Of a stretch of DNA of 51,201 nt, positions 12,854 to 26,140 are shown one piece after another. The stretch's first letter is position 1; the number at the start of each line of letters is the position of its first letter. Source of the DNA: Octopus bimaculoides (taxonomy: Eukaryota); assembly GCF_001194135.2 (NCBI RefSeq), contig NC_068985.1, forward strand, positions 11,698,211 through 11,749,411. The letters run 5' to 3'. The notes beneath the pieces were generated by a model that saw only the letters and a program-made list of their open reading frames with translations, did not search any database and had not been told where the DNA came from. A program made the translations under genes and the position numbers.

Positions 12854-13732
12854 CGTGGTCTGATCAATAATTATGCGGACTGTTTCCATTGTATCGAAGT
12901 GAAGCCGCTTTGCACAGACTAACCTTGAATTTTGCTGTGTACACGCACTAAGGCTTAACGTTTTAACTCACTTCCTCTGTTTACAGCAGTGCTTGGAAGG
13001 AACGTGTGTAACGTCTGATCGTCAAGTTGACCATGACAGGGAAAGTTGTCATGATGATAGCTGCTCAGAGGCCTACGCAAAGTTGTAGAAGTGTATGGAA
13101 AGGAATAAATGAGACGCACACAAGTGTACGAGTAGTTCAGACGTTTCCAAGATAGCAGTAAAAATGTCGATACTGACAAACGTTCTGGGAGACCCGCCAC
13201 CAGCAGAAGTGAGGAAAACATCGCAGATGTGAGTATACAGCTGTGGGGGAAAATCATCGAATCACCATCCTGAGATATCAGAGGATGTGCAGATTAGTTA
13301 CGGTTCAGTTCAGTACATTATCACAGACGATTTGCGTATGAGACGCGTGTCTGCAAAATTTGTGCCAAAACTGCTTCAGCTGACCAAAACGAAACTCGGG
13401 TTTCACCTGCACAAGATCTCCTTGATTGTGTCGAGAACGATGAAAACTTTTTGGAAACTTTGCATAGACCTCTGAGGAAGTATCGCCAAGCTTTTGGCAA
13501 AATTTGATGCAGATTCTCTGCTCAGCTTTCTGTGTTATTGTTAATGCGACGATCACATGCTACACACGTTCCTTCCAAGCACTGCTGTAAATAGCGGAAG
13601 CGAGCTAGAATGTTAAAACTTAGTGCGCATTCACAGCAGACGTGAAGCTCAATCTGTGACAGAGGGCTTTATTCATCATGCTTTAGCTTCGTTATTATGG
13701 CAACAGTCCGGATACTTATTGATCAGACCACA
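12854..13732. mobile_element. Non-autonomous mariner derivative built from two head-to-head 5' ends
   Basis: TIRs cgtggtctgatcaataa.tat.cggactg / cagtccggatacttattgatcagaccac. The + arm encodes mariner N-terminal pieces (RSGRP, ISYGSVQYIITDDLRMRRVSAKFVPKLL); the - arm encodes EQRICIKFCQKLGDT. Confidence 0.9.
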
Positions 13733-13887
13733 AATATACACGGGCACATGCACACGCTTCTCTCATTTCCTTTTTCTGTGTGTAGGCGTATAAGAGTGTG
13801 TGCGCGTGTGTGTGTGAGTGTATACTCAAACGAACGTATAAACAAAAATTGTATACCAAATGACATATACCAGAATCGATATATGAA

Positions 13888-14768
13888 TATGTGTCTCGAC
13901 CATAGTGCACTGATGAATAAAAGATGCAGTTTACTACATAGTTTTTGCTGTATTAATTATGAAACCAGTGGTTTGCTGTTAAGTTAAATGTTTTTAGGAG
14001 GTTAACTTTGAAAAATTGCATTTCCTCGCTTTCGGTAAATATGTGCCTATTTTTGGTAGTTTTGACTTATTTAGTCCCTCTACGCGTGAGGCATTATTAT
14101 ATAGTAATGCCCTTATATAAATTATATATATTTACGGAAAAAAACGATGGGTTTTTTTTTTCCTTATGTGTTTTTTCACGCTGGCTACTTGATAAGTTCT
14201 TATAAAGATTTTATCCTATATTATATTATAAATAATTAGAATATATTCAGTGCTGAATATTATTCTGTAAAAGCACGTGTTGCCGAGATGCAATTTGAAA
14301 AAGCTAGCCTCTTTCACGGATATATAAGGATGAACAGAAGTCATCGTACTGTGTTGGGTACATCGGGGTATGTTGATTTTTGTTTATTCTTTATGTGTCT
14401 CGACCATACGTGCACTGATGAATAAAAGATGCAGCTTACTACATAGTTTTTGCTGTATTAATTATGAAACCAGTGGTTTGCCGTTAAGTTAAATGGTTTT
14501 AGGAGGTTAACTTTGAAAAATTGCATTTCTTCGCTTTCGGTAAATATGTGCTTATTTTTAGTAGTTTTGACTTATTTAGTCCCTCTAAGCGTGAGGCATT
14601 ATTATATAGTAATGCCCTTATATAAATTATATATATTTACGGAAAAAAACGATGGTCTTTTTTTTCCTTATGGGTTTTTTTTCCTTATGGGTTTTTTTCA
14701 CGCTGGCTACTTGCTAAATTCTTATAAAGATTTTATCCTATATTATATTATATTATATTATATTATAT
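13888..14768 (+). repeat. Direct duplication of about 345 bp with period about 504 bp, running into a 1 kb gap
   Basis: tatgtgtctcgaccat...attttatcctatattatatta occurs at 13888-14230 and again from 14392; the duplicated ORFs 14008 and 14513 share MKNCISSLSVNMCLFL. Confidence 0.92.
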
Positions 14769-16266
14769 NNNNNNNNNNNNNNNNNNNNNNNNNNNNNNNN
14801 NNNNNNNNNNNNNNNNNNNNNNNNNNNNNNNNNNNNNNNNNNNNNNNNNNNNNNNNNNNNNNNNNNNNNNNNNNNNNNNNNNNNNNNNNNNNNNNNNNNN
14901 NNNNNNNNNNNNNNNNNNNNNNNNNNNNNNNNNNNNNNNNNNNNNNNNNNNNNNNNNNNNNNNNNNNNNNNNNNNNNNNNNNNNNNNNNNNNNNNNNNNN
15001 NNNNNNNNNNNNNNNNNNNNNNNNNNNNNNNNNNNNNNNNNNNNNNNNNNNNNNNNNNNNNNNNNNNNNNNNNNNNNNNNNNNNNNNNNNNNNNNNNNNN
15101 NNNNNNNNNNNNNNNNNNNNNNNNNNNNNNNNNNNNNNNNNNNNNNNNNNNNNNNNNNNNNNNNNNNNNNNNNNNNNNNNNNNNNNNNNNNNNNNNNNNN
15201 NNNNNNNNNNNNNNNNNNNNNNNNNNNNNNNNNNNNNNNNNNNNNNNNNNNNNNNNNNNNNNNNNNNNNNNNNNNNNNNNNNNNNNNNNNNNNNNNNNNN
15301 NNNNNNNNNNNNNNNNNNNNNNNNNNNNNNNNNNNNNNNNNNNNNNNNNNNNNNNNNNNNNNNNNNNNNNNNNNNNNNNNNNNNNNNNNNNNNNNNNNNN
15401 NNNNNNNNNNNNNNNNNNNNNNNNNNNNNNNNNNNNNNNNNNNNNNNNNNNNNNNNNNNNNNNNNNNNNNNNNNNNNNNNNNNNNNNNNNNNNNNNNNNN
15501 NNNNNNNNNNNNNNNNNNNNNNNNNNNNNNNNNNNNNNNNNNNNNNNNNNNNNNNNNNNNNNNNNNNNNNNNNNNNNNNNNNNNNNNNNNNNNNNNNNNN
15601 NNNNNNNNNNNNNNNNNNNNNNNNNNNNNNNNNNNNNNNNNNNNNNNNNNNNNNNNNNNNNNNNNNNNNNNNNNNNNNNNNNNNNNNNNNNNNNNNNNNN
15701 NNNNNNNNNNNNNNNNNNNNNNNNNNNNNNNNNNNNNNNNNNNNNNNNNNNNNNNNNNNNNNNNNAAAAAAAAAAAAAAAAAAAAAAAAGAAAGCAGCTA
15801 AATTTGTTTCGTGCCATACTTTACAGTTTTCTGTCTATATGTACGGGTAAATGAAGCAATCACGATGAATGAATGTGAATAATGACAATATATATGCAAA
15901 ATGTGTGCAATAGAATGAGATCTAGGCTTCTGCATGTTTACTTTTACCAAGACAAAAGAAGAAAAAAAAATTCTGAGAGGCAAATTGGCTGAGCTTGTTC
16001 TTTGTCATTCATTAAGATATGTTATTTCTAAGTTGTCATCCTCATTTTCATGTGTTGATTTTATATATGAGATTTTCAAACTCAATTTGTTTCGAAGTTT
16101 CCTTGATACTGAGGTTATAATTCTTGTGTTTGATTCAAGGTACATGATCATTGATAAATTGATGCACATAAATTAATCGAAATTTTTAAGCTGAACATTC
16201 TCTCTATGTTCCCATTAACTGTAGTCCATTATAATCTGCTAGTATTTGTACCTGCTGCATGATTAA

Positions 16267-16646
16267 CTCTTTTACTCTTCTACTTGTTTCAGTCATTTGA
16301 CTGCGGCGATGCTGGAGCACCGCCTGTAGTCGAGCAAATCGACCCCAGGACTTATTCTTAGTAAGGCTAGTACTTATTCTATGGGTCTCTTTTGCCGAAC
16401 CACTAAGTTACGGGACGTAAACACACAACCATCGGTTGTCAAGCGATGTTGGGGGGACAAACATAAACATATATATATACATATCTACGACGGGCTTCTT
16501 TCAGTTTCCGTCTACCAAATCCACTCGAAAGGCTTTGGTCGACCCGAGGCTACAGTAGAAGACACTTGCCCAAGGTGCCACGCAGTGGGAATGAACCCAG
16601 AATCATGTGGTAAGGAAGCTACTTACCACACAGCCACTCCTGCGCC
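16267..16646 (-). mobile_element. SINE family A, full length
   Basis: Complete reverse complement from the tail (cttgtttcagtcatttgactgcgg) to the head (cttaccacacagccactcctgcgcc). Confidence 0.93.
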
Positions 16647-17639
16647 TAAATTTGACGAAAAAAAAAAACAAACTCTAATGTCTATCTGACTATTGTTCGG
16701 AGAATCATATTTTGTTGGATTTCTCATGGTTATGTACTGCGACAGCAATGTCAGCATATGGGAAAACGTAGTGCACATTTCACGGGATAATGTCGTTAGA
16801 CAATCTAATGCCATCCCTGAGCAGAGAGACCAAATCTATAATTAAAGATACTGCAGCTATAACTATTAAAAGCTACTGCAGTTATATCTGAGTATTTGTT
16901 TTTTTACCAGTTATAGTATATTACAAATTTAGTAATGCGTCTATATATCGGTCCATATGTTTATATACGACTCAAAGAAAAAGTAAATATTAGCCTCATT
17001 ACCTGACCTTCGAAAATTAACAGCTAACCGTCCCTGAAATTATTTTCTCTCGTCTGAATTAAGGAAGGATACATGTGGTAGTACATGCGTACACAAAATG
17101 GGATTGTCAAAACTGGCAGATGTATGATCATAAGGCTGACATGAGGATAAACAACGGCAATACAAGCAGCAACGGCAAAATATCACAAAATAGCACAAAC
17201 GACAACAGCGATTTGGAGAAAACAAAGCAAATTTAACAATAAATACATATAATACACGTAAAAGAAAAAAAAATAGTAAATTCTAGCTGTATCATAAGTA
17301 AGAAACATTTTAAAGCGTTTTCAACTTTTAACACCATTAAACAATTGGAACTAACAATATTTGAATAATGATAAGAGTGTCACCAGCAATGTGCAAGTAT
17401 CCTGGCCGAGACATAAATAAATATAGAAATTTTAAAGAATTAGGATGGAAAAAAAATACTAGTAAAAACTTAATATAATTATATATATACGTTACAGTAA
17501 ACTTGAAGAAAATCCGCAAGGATTCTATTATTTAAAGATATGATTCTCAACAATGGTACCAAAGAGAATACGAAGTAAGTATGCCCTGACGCACAAACAT
17601 ACATGCACACATACATATACTCACAAACACATAGATACA

Positions 17640-17709
<70 letters not shown>

Positions 17710-17780
17710 AACTCAGGCACACATACAAAGTGATACACAAGACTATGATAAACATACCCAGAGTAGAACAAGTCATTGAC

Positions 17781-17824
<44 letters not shown>

Positions 17825-18209
17825 AAATCATATACATATGAAGCCGAGAGAGCGAGAGAAAGAAAGAAAGAGAAAGTGAGTACTGTTGAAGTTACAGTCA
17901 TTTGGGCGTCAGAGAGAATAACATGCAGTATATGGAGCTAGTTTCGCCTTCCTGCATACAAAATACGCTTACGACGATTTCATTTTGCAGTCGAGGAATA
18001 AGGCAGGAATATAGAACGATGGATTCATAGCAAAAATTAAAAACGTCGCAATGAGACCAATTTCGTTCAGTGTTCAAATTTATCGAAGACCCACCAATGC
18101 AGTAAAAGGCTTCAGAGTTCCAGAGGCAAGTGCCTAAATATTTCATCAGTTAATTGTCTGCCCGTCCAAATAAAATGTATGGTAGCATCGAACACAAAGG
18201 AGTTTCAGT

Positions 18210-18253
<44 letters not shown>

Positions 18254-18257
<4 letters not shown>

Positions 18258-18352
18258 AACATCAGTGTTGGATGCTTGGAAATTGTGTGCAGTCCTATTC
18301 ATAGGTTGGAGTATGTTGCACCATATTCCCATGTGTGCGTTGAGGAGTTTTC
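18254..18352 (-). mobile_element. Inverted copy of an internal segment of the downstream Penelope RT
   Basis: Reverse complement aligns to 18937-19035 with about 11 mismatches in about 98 nt; both translate to ..RTAHNFQAS..DVP. Confidence 0.9.
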
Positions 18353-18599
18353 TGTCCCAACAACATTCCACATACAGACAACAATACCAACCACATCATC
18401 CACACCACTCCCCAAAATACCACCCACATCAACACCCAAACCTCTCACAACCATAACAACAGAAATGGGCACAACACAAGAACTACCCCCACCACAATCA
18501 CTACCACCAATAACAACTATATTAACCATAACGATAATAACAGTCTACACTCTGTCTTCTATAACCCTAACAACAAATCTTATGACATGACGAGGATCT

Positions 18600-20420
18600 A
18601 CACCACAGACTTACCCTTCTAAAAAAAGATTATGTATCCCATCCCCAAATTGACAGTGAAACACAAGCAAAGATCTCCTTAGGTAGAAATGGACTCCGAC
18701 ACATCTTAGACTGGTACTACAAATCCACTAAAATACATACTGAGGAGAGGACCCACCAACCAACTCAGTTCATCTGTTGCCAAAGGTCTACAAAAACTGA
18801 AACAGCGAATTAGTCTGCCTTCCTACGGACAAGTCTGGCAGACTGTCAATAGACAGCCCACAAAACTGTGTCCACACCATGCAACAACACATCAGTAACA
18901 TGAGAGAAATTGCACGACAGGAACATGAAAGAGTGGAAAAACTCATCAATGCACAAATGGGAATGAGGTGCAACACACTCCATTCTATGAAAAGGACTGC
19001 ACACAATTTCCAAGCATCCAGCAATGATGTTCCTACACTATACAGTTTACATAAATACCATAAACCCTACATAAACCCTGACATGGGTCCCCCAACCTGA
19101 CCAGTTTGTGGAGCGAATATGTCCAGCAACTATAGACTGTCCTACTTCCTCTCACAGGTGTTACGAACTCTCATAGAGATGTCTCCAGATGTCTGTGTCC
19201 TCAGTGAAATCAGTACGTGCAACCACTCCAACGACTTCACAGATTGTATAGTGGGTAGTATGGATGTCATTTCACTCTACCCATCTATAGACATAGATTT
19301 TACTGTGGTGAAATGCATTGGGGTAATCTGTGAGAGTGAAGTAGAGTTCCGTTAGTTCAACACGAGGGAACTGGGCCTCCTCCTTAGACTAAGCTATAAC
19401 AGTGACTATTTAGACGACCATGACCTCAGTAGATTCTACCCCACCAGGTCCCAGAGGGGAATACCAGCTACCATCACCTCAGCAGTGAAGAAAAGAACCG
19501 CAGAGTGCTGGGGTGGCTGGACCGTACCCACCCAAGACCCTGAGAACAACAATCAGGTGAAAGAAATGCTTGCACATGCAATAGGGGCCAGTGTAAGAAC
19601 AACCTTGAAGAACCACATAGTAAATTTTAACAAAAACTATACACGCAGGTTCAAGGTGCAGTCATTGGTTTTTGTGTAGCTGTAGATGTGGCCGGCCTCT
19701 TCATGACCTGGTGGGACAGAAAACTTAAGCAATCCTAAGCAGAACAATCCATAACTCTTCTACTCTACAGAAGGCATGTAGATGTCATTAATATCCTAGT
19801 TAAGACCAACTCTAATAACGGTAATGTAGAAACTGAGTGGAACATGATGGAGAGCATCCAGCAAGTAGCTAACTCCATTCACCAAAGTGTCAAGGTAACT
19901 ATAGATTACCCCAGTAGGCACCCCAGCAATAGACTCCATGTCCTTGATACTGAGCTTTGGTTAGAGACTGTAAACAACAGAGTGCAGCTCGTCCACTACT
20001 GTAACATGAAACCCATAGCTTCTAAATATGTTGTTCACAAGAACTTAGCTTTGTCACAAAGCATGAAAATTAACATACTGATAGCAGACTTAGTTAGGAT
20101 AATGAACAACATGTCCCCACTATGCAAACCATATGAAACGCAAAAACATGTACAGAACTCCATGCACCACATGCAGTTCTCTGGATATGATCAGAAGGAT
20201 AGTGTTCGAGTACACAAGGGTGCTAGAAAGAAATTAGATAACATGATATGTAATGATGCCAGTGGTACCTACTCTAGATATAGAAACAAAGACTGGAATA
20301 GGATACAAAGAGCTTGTGACAAAGCAAACAGGGTGCTTACGTGGTATAAAACCGAAAAATATCAACGAATGATGTTTGTAGAGGCCACAGTCCATGCAGA
20401 ACTAGTCCAGGTACACACAC
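18600..20420 (+). mobile_element. Penelope-like element reverse transcriptase, decayed (stops and frameshifts), no GIY-YIG domain seen
   Basis: Motifs GLQKLK, PTDKSG, PTLYSLHKYHK..(R)PVC, SMDVISLYPSI, NHIVNFN, LYRRHVD, IDYPS..LHVLD, HY..KP.ASK, KINIL..LVRI..N.S appear in Penelope RT order. Confidence 0.88.
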
Positions 20421-22298
20421 ATACCTAAAAACAAACACGGACACGCAAACACATGAATATGCAGAATACATACATACAAATGTACACACATACATACATA
20501 TATACATATGCACACACATACATGCATACACACATGCATGCATACATACATACACGTGTATGCACACACACGTTGACCCACACACATGCGCGCAAACTAA
20601 AAGAAAAATGAACGCACGAAGTGTGATAACTGTTAGAGTCAACAGCTATCGAAAAGGTTGCAACACGCAACGAAGATTTTAGAGAAATAAAGAATGAAAT
20701 GAGTGGAAATTTTACCGGTGAGTGTGTTAAATTATAAGGCACTAAAAGAGAATGACTCTCCCCAGACACAACAGAGTATGCTTCAACACACGAACTCACA
20801 TAAAGTATCTTTCAGACCAAAACCAAAAACGAAATATATATATATATATTATATGCAAGTACACAAATATACACGCATACAAAACTATATACATACCTAC
20901 ATACATACATACTTACATTCATTCATACAAACATACATTCATACATTCATAAATACATACATACATGCATACATTATCTATACCAGTGAGTACGCATTCA
21001 TAAAAACCGGCCTCTCTAATTGTATGTGACGCGAAAACCAAATATAAATTTATATTTAAGTTGCAAGCTTTCATATGTAGATATACACACGTATGAAATA
21101 CACGAATTTGCTTACAGATAAAAGAAGTGAATAGCTACATAAACACACAACAACATACACATATGCACACATACAAGCAGATATGATAACATGTATTTTT
21201 ACGTCTATACCATAAAGAGTTGGCACGATTAATGTATTTTGATGTTTATCATTATATATATTCTAAAAACGAGTTCTTGCTAATATCAGATATGCGTATC
21301 TATTCTTTGAGCTCGTGTTGTACATACAATTACGCGCATGTAAATAAAAGTATATACTTGCATGCATGTATATATATGAATATGTGTATTTGTATCCATA
21401 AACCATTTGACCCAAAAGGAATACATGAGACATATTGTGCTAAAAATGAATCAAATTTTAAACAAAAGCAAATATTTCTAAATACGCCAAATAAGACTGT
21501 ATATATATATATATNNNNNNNNNNNNNNNNNNNNNNNNNNNNNNNNNNNNNNNNNNNNNNNNNNNNNNNNNNNNNNNNNNNNNNNNNNNNNNNNNNNNNN
21601 NNNNNNNNNNNNNNNNNNNNNNNNNNNNNNNNNNNNNNNNNNNNNNNNNNNNNNNNNNNNNNNNNNNNNNNNNNNNNNNNNNNNNNNNNNNNNNNNNNNN
21701 NNNNNNNNNNNNNNNNNNNNNNNNNNNNNNNNNNNNNNNNNNNNNNNNNNNNNNNNNNNNNNNNNNNNNNNNNNNNNNNNNNNNNNNNNNNNNNNNNNNN
21801 NNNNNNNNNNNNNNNNNNNNNNNNNNNNNNNNNNNNNNNNNNNNNNNNNNNNNNNNNNNNNNNNNNNNNNNNNNNNNNNNNNNNNNNNNNNNNNNNNNNN
21901 NNNNNNNNNNNNNNNNNNNNNNNNNNNNNNNNNNNNNNNNNNNNNNNNNNNNNNNNNNNNNNNNNNNNNNNNNNNNNNNNNNNNNNNNNNNNNNNNNNNN
22001 NNNNNNNNNNNNNNNNNNNNNNNNNNNNNNNNNNNNNNNNNNNNNNNNNNNNNNNNNNNNNNNNNNNNNNNNNNNNNNNNNNNNNNNNNNNNNNNNNNNN
22101 NNNNNNNNNNNNNNNNNNNNNNNNNNNNNNNNNNNNNNNNNNNNNNNNNNNNNNNNNNNNNNNNNNNNNNNNNNNNNNNNNNNNNNNNNNNNNNNNNNNN
22201 NNNNNNNNNNNNNNNNNNNNNNNNNNNNNNNNNNNNNNNNNNNNNNNNNNNNNNNNNNNNNAATAATAATGATAATAATAAGAATAATAATAACGATG

Positions 22299-22352
<54 letters not shown>

Positions 22353-22717
22353 TGAGTACAATAAAAAGAATAACAGGAAAAGTAAAATAACGAGGCCTTG
22401 GCATCCATAATAGCAACAACAATAATGTGTGCACCGAAAATAGACTGCGAGGGAAGTGTGGTGTCAGTGGTGTCAAATGTCCGCATAACAGATCTACTAT
22501 TGTCGAGGATATTGCAATAGTAAGAAACCTGTATGTAATATACGTACAGACACATTGCCGCACTCCTACACACACGCGCGCGCGCGCGCGCACACACATA
22601 CCAGCATACAAAAGACGCGCATAAAGACACACATATAAGCATGTGGCTGTGTAATTATGTGTATATGAATCCTTGTATAGCATTATCTGTCGATTCAAGG
22701 CGACCGTAAGAAACCCA

Positions 22718-22818
<101 letters not shown>

Positions 22819-23384
22819 TCTGTATATACGCATCTATGTCGCCGAATTCCTTGTATATTTTGAATACTTAATGCCATCTGTTATTTAGCCTATATTTTAA
22901 GCCTATATTTAGCCTATATTTGTAGACCCTGCGTCTTATTGCTGAATTGTTTTATATCCTATTTTGTTTAAACTATTTCTTTCGTTTCTTCATTTTAGTC
23001 GTAGTTGTAGGATTTCTTTGGAAACATTCTTGATATTTCCGTATTTTGTGGTTGAGTTATGCAGACAAACTTTACATTGCTCAATTCGGAACTCGCTAAA
23101 TTAGCTAGAAGAATCTTAAGACTACCATAACATTACTAAGTGTATTGTTTTTCCTTATTAATATCAAAACTTTTAATTTTTATCTAAAACATACCATTCA
23201 CTATTTCTTTCAGACGATTGCAATGTAGGTTGTTCGTAATAATTTAATACCTAACTTTCAGAAACTTACCTATGTCGTTTCTTCAAATTCATTCAGAGCT
23301 CAGCTCATTTTCTCTCATGTCCTGGTATTCATGAAATAGATTAATAAATTTATCACTCATAAGAGAATTTGCTTCAACCTTTAT

Positions 23385-23415
<31 letters not shown>

Positions 23416-23721
23416 ACATATGTAAAATATTTTATGATGTTATGCTACTATCTAATTTAGATGTATTGTATTAAACTATGTCAAAAAGTATGTGATTACA
23501 TTAAAAACCTAATTTAATGGATTCTATTTTGAATAATGTTGAAACCATATGAATGACCAGACAGAAATTTTGTTTTTAAAATATGTAACGAAATGTATTT
23601 CTTTCGATACATATATTTGAGGAGTAAATTTAGCTTAGTCTCAGGCATGTGACTAGTGAGACTGTAGTTTCGTGTGCAGAATGAAACTAGTTTTTGTATA
23701 TCTCAATAAATAATATGCCAC

Positions 23722-23801
23722 GGGCATATGGTGGAGTGATTAAGAGCGCGGGCTACTAAAACCAAGATTCCGAGTTCGATTCCAAGCAGTGAGCTGAACA
23801 C

Positions 23802-23833
<32 letters not shown>

Positions 23834-24005
23834 TCGAAAAATACCTTAGGAATGAGAACCCAGGTTCGAAATTTCCCCACGACACCTGATGAAGGCTGGA
23901 GGGTATATCAGCCGAAACGTTGTGTTAACAACAAACAAAATGAGGACAACTATCCGTCGAATGTAAATAATGTACAGAATTCCTCATCTCTTAAATATAG
24001 AACTG
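23722..24005 (+). mobile_element. tRNA-headed SINE-like element with (AAT)n linker and Penelope-like HHR tail
   Basis: A-box-like tggtggagtgatta, B-box gagttcgattcc (23772-23783), (aat)n 23802-23831, then the HHR motif at 23881-23926. Confidence 0.75.
23881..23926 (+). ncRNA. Minimal type I hammerhead ribozyme motif
   Basis: Stem I gacac/gtgtt; ctgatga plus extra A; stem II ggctg/cagcc; GAAA; palindromic ACGT stem III; GUU triplet. Confidence 0.8.
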
Positions 24006-24796
24006 TGTCAATGAATAATAATTTGAAATCGCTGCTCACAGGTCCAATATATTCTTGGATGAACGATAGTTGTGCTTAAATATTAAATATCATGGGAAGC
24101 TGAAGGGTTGTTATGAACTGTGCACCTAAGAGAGAGAAATATTACAATCAAGCTTGTTTGTGTGGTTGCAATTTTCCATTGCAGTCACTAATTGTGGATC
24201 GCTCTCATAGCGTGACATCATGGCTACGTATTTGCTGGCGTAGCGTGGAGGCGACGAAAAGCCTTACGGATGAAATTTGTTAGTTGTGTGAAAACCAAGC
24301 ATCAACATTTCTCTTTTCGTATTTAGATCGTTAACTTTATCCATTATCTGCTTTAAAACATCCATTCGGTTATTGAGTGTGTTTAGCGTTGGCAAATATA
24401 GAAACTAGCTTTCCACACTGAGGCTAACTTATCTAATATCTGTTCACCGTTCATGGACGCCATGATAAATGCTATGTACATTGATATTCTTTTCTGACCA
24501 AGCATCCAAATTCCCTAGTAATACAGTTTGTTACTGTAATATAACAAACTCTGTCAATCTAATATAATCATTCATCTTCACATGTATGTGCAGGCCTTGG
24601 GAAGACTTTTGGAAGATGACTGCCAAATACCCATGCATGCAACAACTTCTCTACATTACCAATGTTGTATAAAGGAAAGGCCACCCATTTCGCATTAGTG
24701 ATGTTGAAGAGCAGTTATTTTGTTCAGTATAAAAATCTGTAATCACAGCTCGACTTGATAAGGTCAGCTACAGCATCACTCACATTGAAGGATAAC

Positions 24797-24955
24797 TGGA
24801 ACTCTGTTACGTCGAGCGTTCCAGTTGACCCGATCAACGGAAGAGCCTGCTCGTGTAATTAACATCAAATTGGTTGAACGCTCCACAAACACTATTTGTT
24901 CTTAATGTAGTTCTCAGGGAGATTCATTGTAACACCGAATGATACCAGGCTGGCC
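24797..24955 (-). mobile_element. SINE tail T fragment
   Basis: ttccagttgacccgatcaacggaagagcctgctcgtg is the reverse complement of the tail at 29240-29349 and 37600-37777. Confidence 0.8.
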
Positions 24956-26140
24956 ATTTGAATTACTTTTTGCAAATCAATTTTACCAGGTAAATGTAAA
25001 AATTCTATCCTGCCGAAACGCACCTCACTTGTTCGTCGCATATTTAAACAGTTGTGTTTGACAAGAAGATATGTGTTCTATACCTGGAACGTCAAGCGAT
25101 CGCAGAACGACTCTGCTGCCATTTCATACTGCTAATTCTACAATTATATATTGGATACACCGCTACACATTTCCATAAGATTGCTTTAATATAAAAGTAC
25201 GTAAATACATACAAAGAAACACACATACATATATAGCAAAATATAGATAGATATATAAAGAGAAAGAAAGAGAGAGATAGAGAGAGAGAAAGAAAGAGAG
25301 AGAGAGAGATAAAGAGAGAGAGAGAGAGAGAGAGAGGGGGGAGATAGAGACTGAGTGGTTACGCGGACAGAGGTCTGTCTTTGAACAATCAGATTAAAAG
25401 TCGTAGCAACCATCTCTTTATGTTGCTTGATTGACGAGAACTAAGAGCTATTTTTCTATTTCGCGACAATATTGCAGGTGTGTGAATTCTTTAGTAAGAT
25501 CTAATCGAGGAGATTTATAATCAAATTCTTTCCAGCCTTGACTTTTCTACCAATTCTTTTGCTAAACAAATTTATGCGACTGTGTTCTGTTTGAAGACAT
25601 TAAGCTTTCATTTGAAGATGGCTTCCGTTTCGTAGAGTATTGCGCGTTGATTCCTGTAGGTATGAGTGAAAAAGTTTGTTCCAGAATAACACACTACGTG
25701 AGATTTTGTTTCCAAAGTGTGTGTGTGTGTGTATGAGAAGAATGTTTGGATTTGTATGCAAGTATGTGTGTATTTGTGTGCGATTGTGTATGTGTGAACG
25801 TCATGTTTGTTTGCATATTTGTGTGTGCCTGTGTGTGTATGCCTGTGTGTTTGTTTGCCATCTGAAATTGGAAGAAACGCCGGTAAGCAAATGCGATCGG
25901 TTTGATTGGTGGATACAGCAACATGAAATTTCAGAAAATTAGCTACTTAATCTTCATTTATCTTCCACGATGTGAGACCGATAAATGTCTTTCTAGATCG
26001 CTGGCGGTACTAACAAGCAATTTTTGGTTGACATCTTTAATTGTTTCTCTCTGTTCTAAATATGTACTCTTACATTTTTCGTAATACAGATCAGTTTTCT
26101 ACATATTATAAAAGTAACACTTTAACATACTTCAACAGTA

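Noticed and set aside
15766-15790. Poly-A run as a retrocopy tail
   Set aside because: The upstream sequence is an N-gap, so nothing can be assigned.
20620-20800. FTGEC as a GIY-YIG remnant after the Penelope RT
   Set aside because: No GIY/YIG pair or conserved Arg; a microsatellite separates it from the RT.
22395-22530. Cys-containing short ORF with a possible GTAAG donor
   Set aside because: No identifiable domain or acceptor; compatible with chance.
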